A DNA stretch of 10,985 bases, taken from assembly GCA_051532055.1 (NCBI GenBank), contig JAOPTX010000106.1, positions 1 to 10,985 on the forward strand, written 5' to 3'. Shown in pieces: positions 7,818 through 10,985 of the stretch. The position numbers and the translations under genes were made by a program. Position 1 is the stretch's first letter; every line of letters starts with the position of its first letter. This DNA is from Fibrobacterales bacterium. GTDB taxonomy: Bacteria; Fibrobacterota; Fibrobacteria; Fibrobacterales; JAOPTW01. The notes below the pieces were generated by a model. It was not told the origin of the DNA. It did not search any database and saw nothing but the letters and a program-made list of their open reading frames with translations.

Positions 7818-7877
7818 ATGACTGATATATGTTATTCTGATGATCATTGTATCCCCGCATCTTACTATATGATTTAA
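7818..7877 (+). CDS. Possible 19-aa small peptide MTDICYSDDHCIPASYYMI
   Basis: GAGGGG (7807-7812) lies 5 nt before ATG 7818; TAA at 7875-7877. Both the SD and the start codon fall in predicted stems. No homology recognised. Confidence 0.25.
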   Translation: MTDICYSDDHCIPASYYMI

Positions 7878-7929
7878 CGAGGCTTATCAAGCTGAGAATT
7901 TAGCGCTTAAGATAATTAGATTAAGATAG

Positions 7930-7963
7930 AAAAAGCACAAGGAGAAAAATCCTTGTGCTTTTT
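7930..7963. terminator. Bidirectional intrinsic terminator
   Basis: Perfect 14-bp inverted repeat AAAAAGCACAAGGA-GAAAAA-TCCTTGTGCTTTTT with A/T tracts on both sides, 26 bp beyond the cotH-2 stop codon. Confidence 0.9.
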
Positions 7964-7989
7964 GTTATTTGTATTGTTTTAATTATTCT

Positions 7990-9450
7990 CTACAGTGATT
8001 CGTACCACTCTTCGACAGCGCTGAGGCCTTCTCTGAGAATCTTTTTTTCTTCAGCTATAGCGGCTCTCCATTTCTTGGGTTTTAAGGCGCCTGTTTTAGG
8101 AAACCCATCTCCATACGTAGTGTATGCTTCTTTAGTCGCATCATTAATCTGACCTTTCCATGTATCTATCATGGTCTCAGCCCTTGGGTAGACATCATTG
8201 ATGAGTCTATCTAATACTTCTTTTGCTTCGTCGGGAAAGCAGAGCCAATAGCTCATAAACTGATTGTCTACTGGGCTTTCGCATTGTAATGCATCAAGTA
8301 CGTCCTCATGCTTCATATGGTCTTTAGAGAAGTCGTTCGGTCGACCGTGAATTGATAGGTGGGCATTGTCTGTGTCCCACGGTATTGAATAGAGCTTGCC
8401 TTCGGTGGGGTCAGAATACCAATATGAGTTATGGCCCATGTACTGAATGCGGAGGTAGGGACTATCCCAGTGTCTTAGGGCAGCGGAGGTGAGTATAGTA
8501 CTCACCAGTTGAGGTACATCCCACCATTTGCTAATCACTTCTTTAATTTCGTCTTCTGTAGAAGCGTCGAGTATCTCTTGCTCAAACTTCTGCATGGCCG
8601 TAAATGTTGGGTTTTCATCCTCATTAGTTTTGAGGGCATTCATAAATGTAGTATCATGGGTGAGGGAGTCACCGGCTACGGGAAGTAATTCTTTATACAG
8701 ATTTCCTTCACCATCTTCCCAGTGTTCTCTGGTAAAGCGGCCATCTATCTGTTCTACAAGAGAAAAGAGACCGATGAGTTCGCCATTAATTTTAAGTTGC
8801 GCATGGACGAGTCTTGGTGCTGGGTTTCCCATTTCTCTATGGAACCAATAGGTAATGCGTTCCCGTAATTGACTATCGTAATGATGCATGTGATGAAATT
8901 GGAGTTTCTTAAGTGAGAAAAATTTTCTATCAGGGTCGGCATCGGTATTAAACTTTACTTTCGTAGAAAGTTTGATACATGTTTTTATTCCACCCAATCC
9001 ATAATGCTCTGCATCTCCACAAGGATACCAGGCGCCCCGACCACCTTTGTAACGAACTTGAATGTCGCGTATAGTGTCACCCTCAAATACGATGTCAGCA
9101 CTTTCGTACACTTCTGCCATTGGGTCAGCGTCGAGGCGTTCCAATGCATCGGGTTCAATAAGTATATTGTATACTTTGACTGGTGCATCATCATTAAAAA
9201 TATAATCACTGTCGGTTGTTTCTGGATTACCAGAGGCGCCAATTTGGTCTTCACTGCTTGGATCGTCTGGGTTGGCGGAGGTCCCACTATGGTCTTCACT
9301 ACTTGAATCATTATTGTGTTGTTCTGATGAATGAGTATCTGAGTCATGGTCATCATCACTTTGGGTTGGTTCCGCACAGGCATAGAAGAGCATGCTGCTC
9401 ATGAGTACCATGCCTGAGAGTAACAAGTGTTTGGTGTTGTGTCTTTTCAT
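7990..9450 (-). CDS. CotH kinase family lipoprotein (paralogue 2)
   Basis: Lipobox FYAC, Asp/His/Ser-rich linker, and motifs VRYKG, STKVKFN, FFSLKKLQF, LRER, QLKING..GLFSLVEQIDGRFT, GNLYK, HWD, HNSY, IPWDTD. Confidence 0.88.
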   Translation of the reverse strand: MKRHNTKHLLLSGMVLMSSMLFYACAEPTQSDDDHDSDTHSSEQHNNDSSSEDHSGTSANPDDPSSEDQIGASGNPETTDSDYIFNDDAPVKVYNILIEPDALERLDADPMAEVYESADIVFEGDTIRDIQVRYKGGRGAWYPCGDAEHYGLGGIKTCIKLSTKVKFNTDADPDRKFFSLKKLQFHHMHHYDSQLRERITYWFHREMGNPAPRLVHAQLKINGELIGLFSLVEQIDGRFTREHWEDGEGNLYKELLPVAGDSLTHDTTFMNALKTNEDENPTFTAMQKFEQEILDASTEDEIKEVISKWWDVPQLVSTILTSAALRHWDSPYLRIQYMGHNSYWYSDPTEGKLYSIPWDTDNAHLSIHGRPNDFSKDHMKHEDVLDALQCESPVDNQFMSYWLCFPDEAKEVLDRLINDVYPRAETMIDTWKGQINDATKEAYTTYGDGFPKTGALKPKKWRAAIAEEKKILREGLSAVEEWYESL

Positions 9451-9494
9451 TAGGGTTCCCTGTTGGTATAGGTGTATTGTGGTTGACAGTATCG

Positions 9495-10361
9495 TTATTT
9501 TTGGGGAACAAAGGTGATAGAAATATTTTTATAGTTATCACTTTTATCAGAAATGGTAAATTTCGTATTATCCAGAGTGAATTTGACTGCATGGTGGGGG
9601 CCAGCTTCGTTCTGTTCAGTAAATTCCATGTGCAATTTGTATTTCCCCGCTGTAACTTGTTTCCCCTTATGGTTTTTTAAATTCCAAGTGATGTTTCTTT
9701 TACTATGTCCGTTGGCTGAAGCTCCGGTTATGGCGTCGAGTAATCCAAGTCCAATTGATGATTTCGCCTTTTGCCATTTGTATAGGTAGGTTGGACGATA
9801 GTGATGGTTTTGTACTCTAGCTTTGAGAGATCGCACAAAGGTTCCATCTGCTTTGGTAATCCAAATGGCATAATAATTCTTGGGTGCATATTCTCCATTA
9901 TAGGTAACGGGGGTGAAAGAGGCGGTGAGGGTTCCTCGGGGCGAAGGTTGTTTGATGGGGGCGTGTGAACTACTTGATGTTTCGGAGCTACTGAGGGCTG
10001 AAGAACTACTTGGTTCAATAGGATTTCTTTTTGACGATGAAGAGATGGGTAAGCTCGATGAAGAAGGGTGTGCCGCACTGATATGTTCTATGCTTGATAC
10101 TGCCTCGCTGCTTATAGATGGATGAGTGCTACTTACACTATTGAAACTAACTGAAATATTCCATTCGGTGTGCGAACTCTGTGATGCAGAACTATGTTTT
10201 GATGTAGTTTGTGTTGAAAGGTTGCTCGATTCTCTAGAGGATTCAACTAGATCTTCCGATGAACTCATTTCAATTACTGAAGATTTTGGTTCATTAGGGG
10301 TTACACACGAGGTGAACAGGATAAAGGGTACAGAAATTACAAGTAACAAAAAATGTTTCAT
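9495..10361 (-). CDS. DUF2271-domain lipoprotein with long Ser-rich linker
   Basis: Lipobox FTSC, ~115-aa Ser-rich region, then YAIWITKADGTFVRSL...LYKW...DAITGAS...ITWNLKNHKGKQVTAGKYKLHMEFTE, typical of DUF2271. Confidence 0.78.
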   Translation of the reverse strand: MKHFLLLVISVPFILFTSCVTPNEPKSSVIEMSSSEDLVESSRESSNLSTQTTSKHSSASQSSHTEWNISVSFNSVSSTHPSISSEAVSSIEHISAAHPSSSSLPISSSSKRNPIEPSSSSALSSSETSSSSHAPIKQPSPRGTLTASFTPVTYNGEYAPKNYYAIWITKADGTFVRSLKARVQNHHYRPTYLYKWQKAKSSIGLGLLDAITGASANGHSKRNITWNLKNHKGKQVTAGKYKLHMEFTEQNEAGPHHAVKFTLDNTKFTISDKSDNYKNISITFVPQK

Positions 10362-10394
10362 AAGGGAGACCTTGGGTTGCTTAAAAATAGTGAG

Positions 10395-10985
10395 TTATTC
10401 ACATTCCTCAGATTGACGTACAATGCCCATTTTATGAGAAACAGTGGTTTGTTTTCCTGAATCAAACGTTGTCTTTACGATCCAATGATATACTCCTGAA
10501 CCTACTTTGCGTCCTTCAGAATCTTTTAAGTCCCACACAAGCTCATTGAGAAAGTAATTGTCAATGTCCGTTTGAGATCGTCTTTTTTCATTGGTGTACT
10601 CGCCACAAAAACCGAACATTTGAGACCATGAAGTGATAAATTGTCCAAGTTGATCATAGACGTAAATGGTAGAGGTGTAAGGGCCTTCTTGTGCAAAGGT
10701 CCCCATTATTAGTGAGGCTAAGCATTTTCGGTCAAAGGAGGATGTTGTGGTAACACTACTCTGTTCATCATCTCGAGTGTCGTCATCGCATTCATAGTGG
10801 GGGTCGATTACTCCATCATGAAATTGAACTGGTGCAATCCACCTTTTGGGAAGTGAAACGTGGTCAGGAGATTTTTCTTCAAGTAAAATTCCTTCCTTGT
10901 CATATATTGGAAATATTTGTGTATTAATAGATCGAGTTCGATCGTTTATTCCTACAATAGGGTTACGGAAGGTAATGCCTGTTCC
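10395..10985 (-). CDS. C-terminal part of a larger secreted protein with FlgD-Ig-like/Fibrobacter-type C-terminal domain (partial; starts beyond the window)
   Basis: Frame is open from 10985 (GTGITFRNPIVGINDRTRSINTQIFPIYDKEG...RKCLASLIMGTF) to the stop at 10395. Ends IYVYDQLGQFI...LVWDLKDSEGRKVGSGVYHWIVK...KMGIVR. Confidence 0.75.
   Translation of the reverse strand, partial: GTGITFRNPIVGINDRTRSINTQIFPIYDKEGILLEEKSPDHVSLPKRWIAPVQFHDGVIDPHYECDDDTRDDEQSSVTTTSSFDRKCLASLIMGTFAQEGPYTSTIYVYDQLGQFITSWSQMFGFCGEYTNEKRRSQTDIDNYFLNELVWDLKDSEGRKVGSGVYHWIVKTTFDSGKQTTVSHKMGIVRQSEECE

Larger units (their letters stand above)
7587..7963 (+). ncRNA. Candidate structured non-coding RNA or structured small-ORF mRNA (ends approximate)
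   Basis: Stems at 7662-7667/7676-7681, 7685-7701/7717-7733 (17 bp, 3 G-U) and 7757-7775/7845-7863 (19 positions, 3 G-U, 1 mismatch), the last enclosing 7777-7784/7808-7815 and 7818-7822/7831-7835. Non-Watson-Crick pairs are nearly all G-U on the + strand. Flanked by a promoter-like element and a terminator. Confidence 0.55.

Noticed and set aside
7907..7928. Direct repeat TTAAGATA x2
   Set aside because: Short AT-rich repeat that is plausible by chance.
962..10416. Other short ORFs in the track (e.g. 962-1150, 2179-2526, 4511-4738, 5475-5696, 5749-5964, 5825-6085, 6421-6774, 6873-7079, 7955-8152, 8528-8851, 8985-9383, 9004-9306, 9728-10078, 10126-10416)
   Set aside because: All overlap well-supported longer genes in another frame or strand and show no recognisable motifs.

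Overview
AT-rich bacterial DNA, most likely Fibrobacterota (inferred from a TIGR02147-family gene and a Fibrobacter-like C-terminal domain). The window encodes mostly secreted or surface proteins. On +: a 5'-truncated LruC/DUF4842-type protein, a CotH-kinase lipoprotein, a TIGR02147/DUF4423 HTH protein translationally coupled to an Ig/CBM-like lipoprotein, and an F5/8-type + PKD + GH5 endoglycanase lipoprotein. On -: an operon of a partial large protein, a DUF2271 lipoprotein and a second CotH-kinase lipoprotein. The most notable unexplained structure is a 28-bp motif (WGTACKCR-N4-GTTCGCA-N2-WGTAAAM) found in three intergenic regions, each starting 74-75 bp before a TAT(A/C)TT promoter-like box. 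Two copies precede cotH-1 and the TIGR02147 operon. The third precedes a heavily base-paired ~370-nt stretch without a long ORF that ends in an intrinsic terminator, a candidate novel ncRNA or structured small-peptide mRNA. Bases 1-114 are a perfect inverted copy of 663-776, probably an amplification or assembly chimera.
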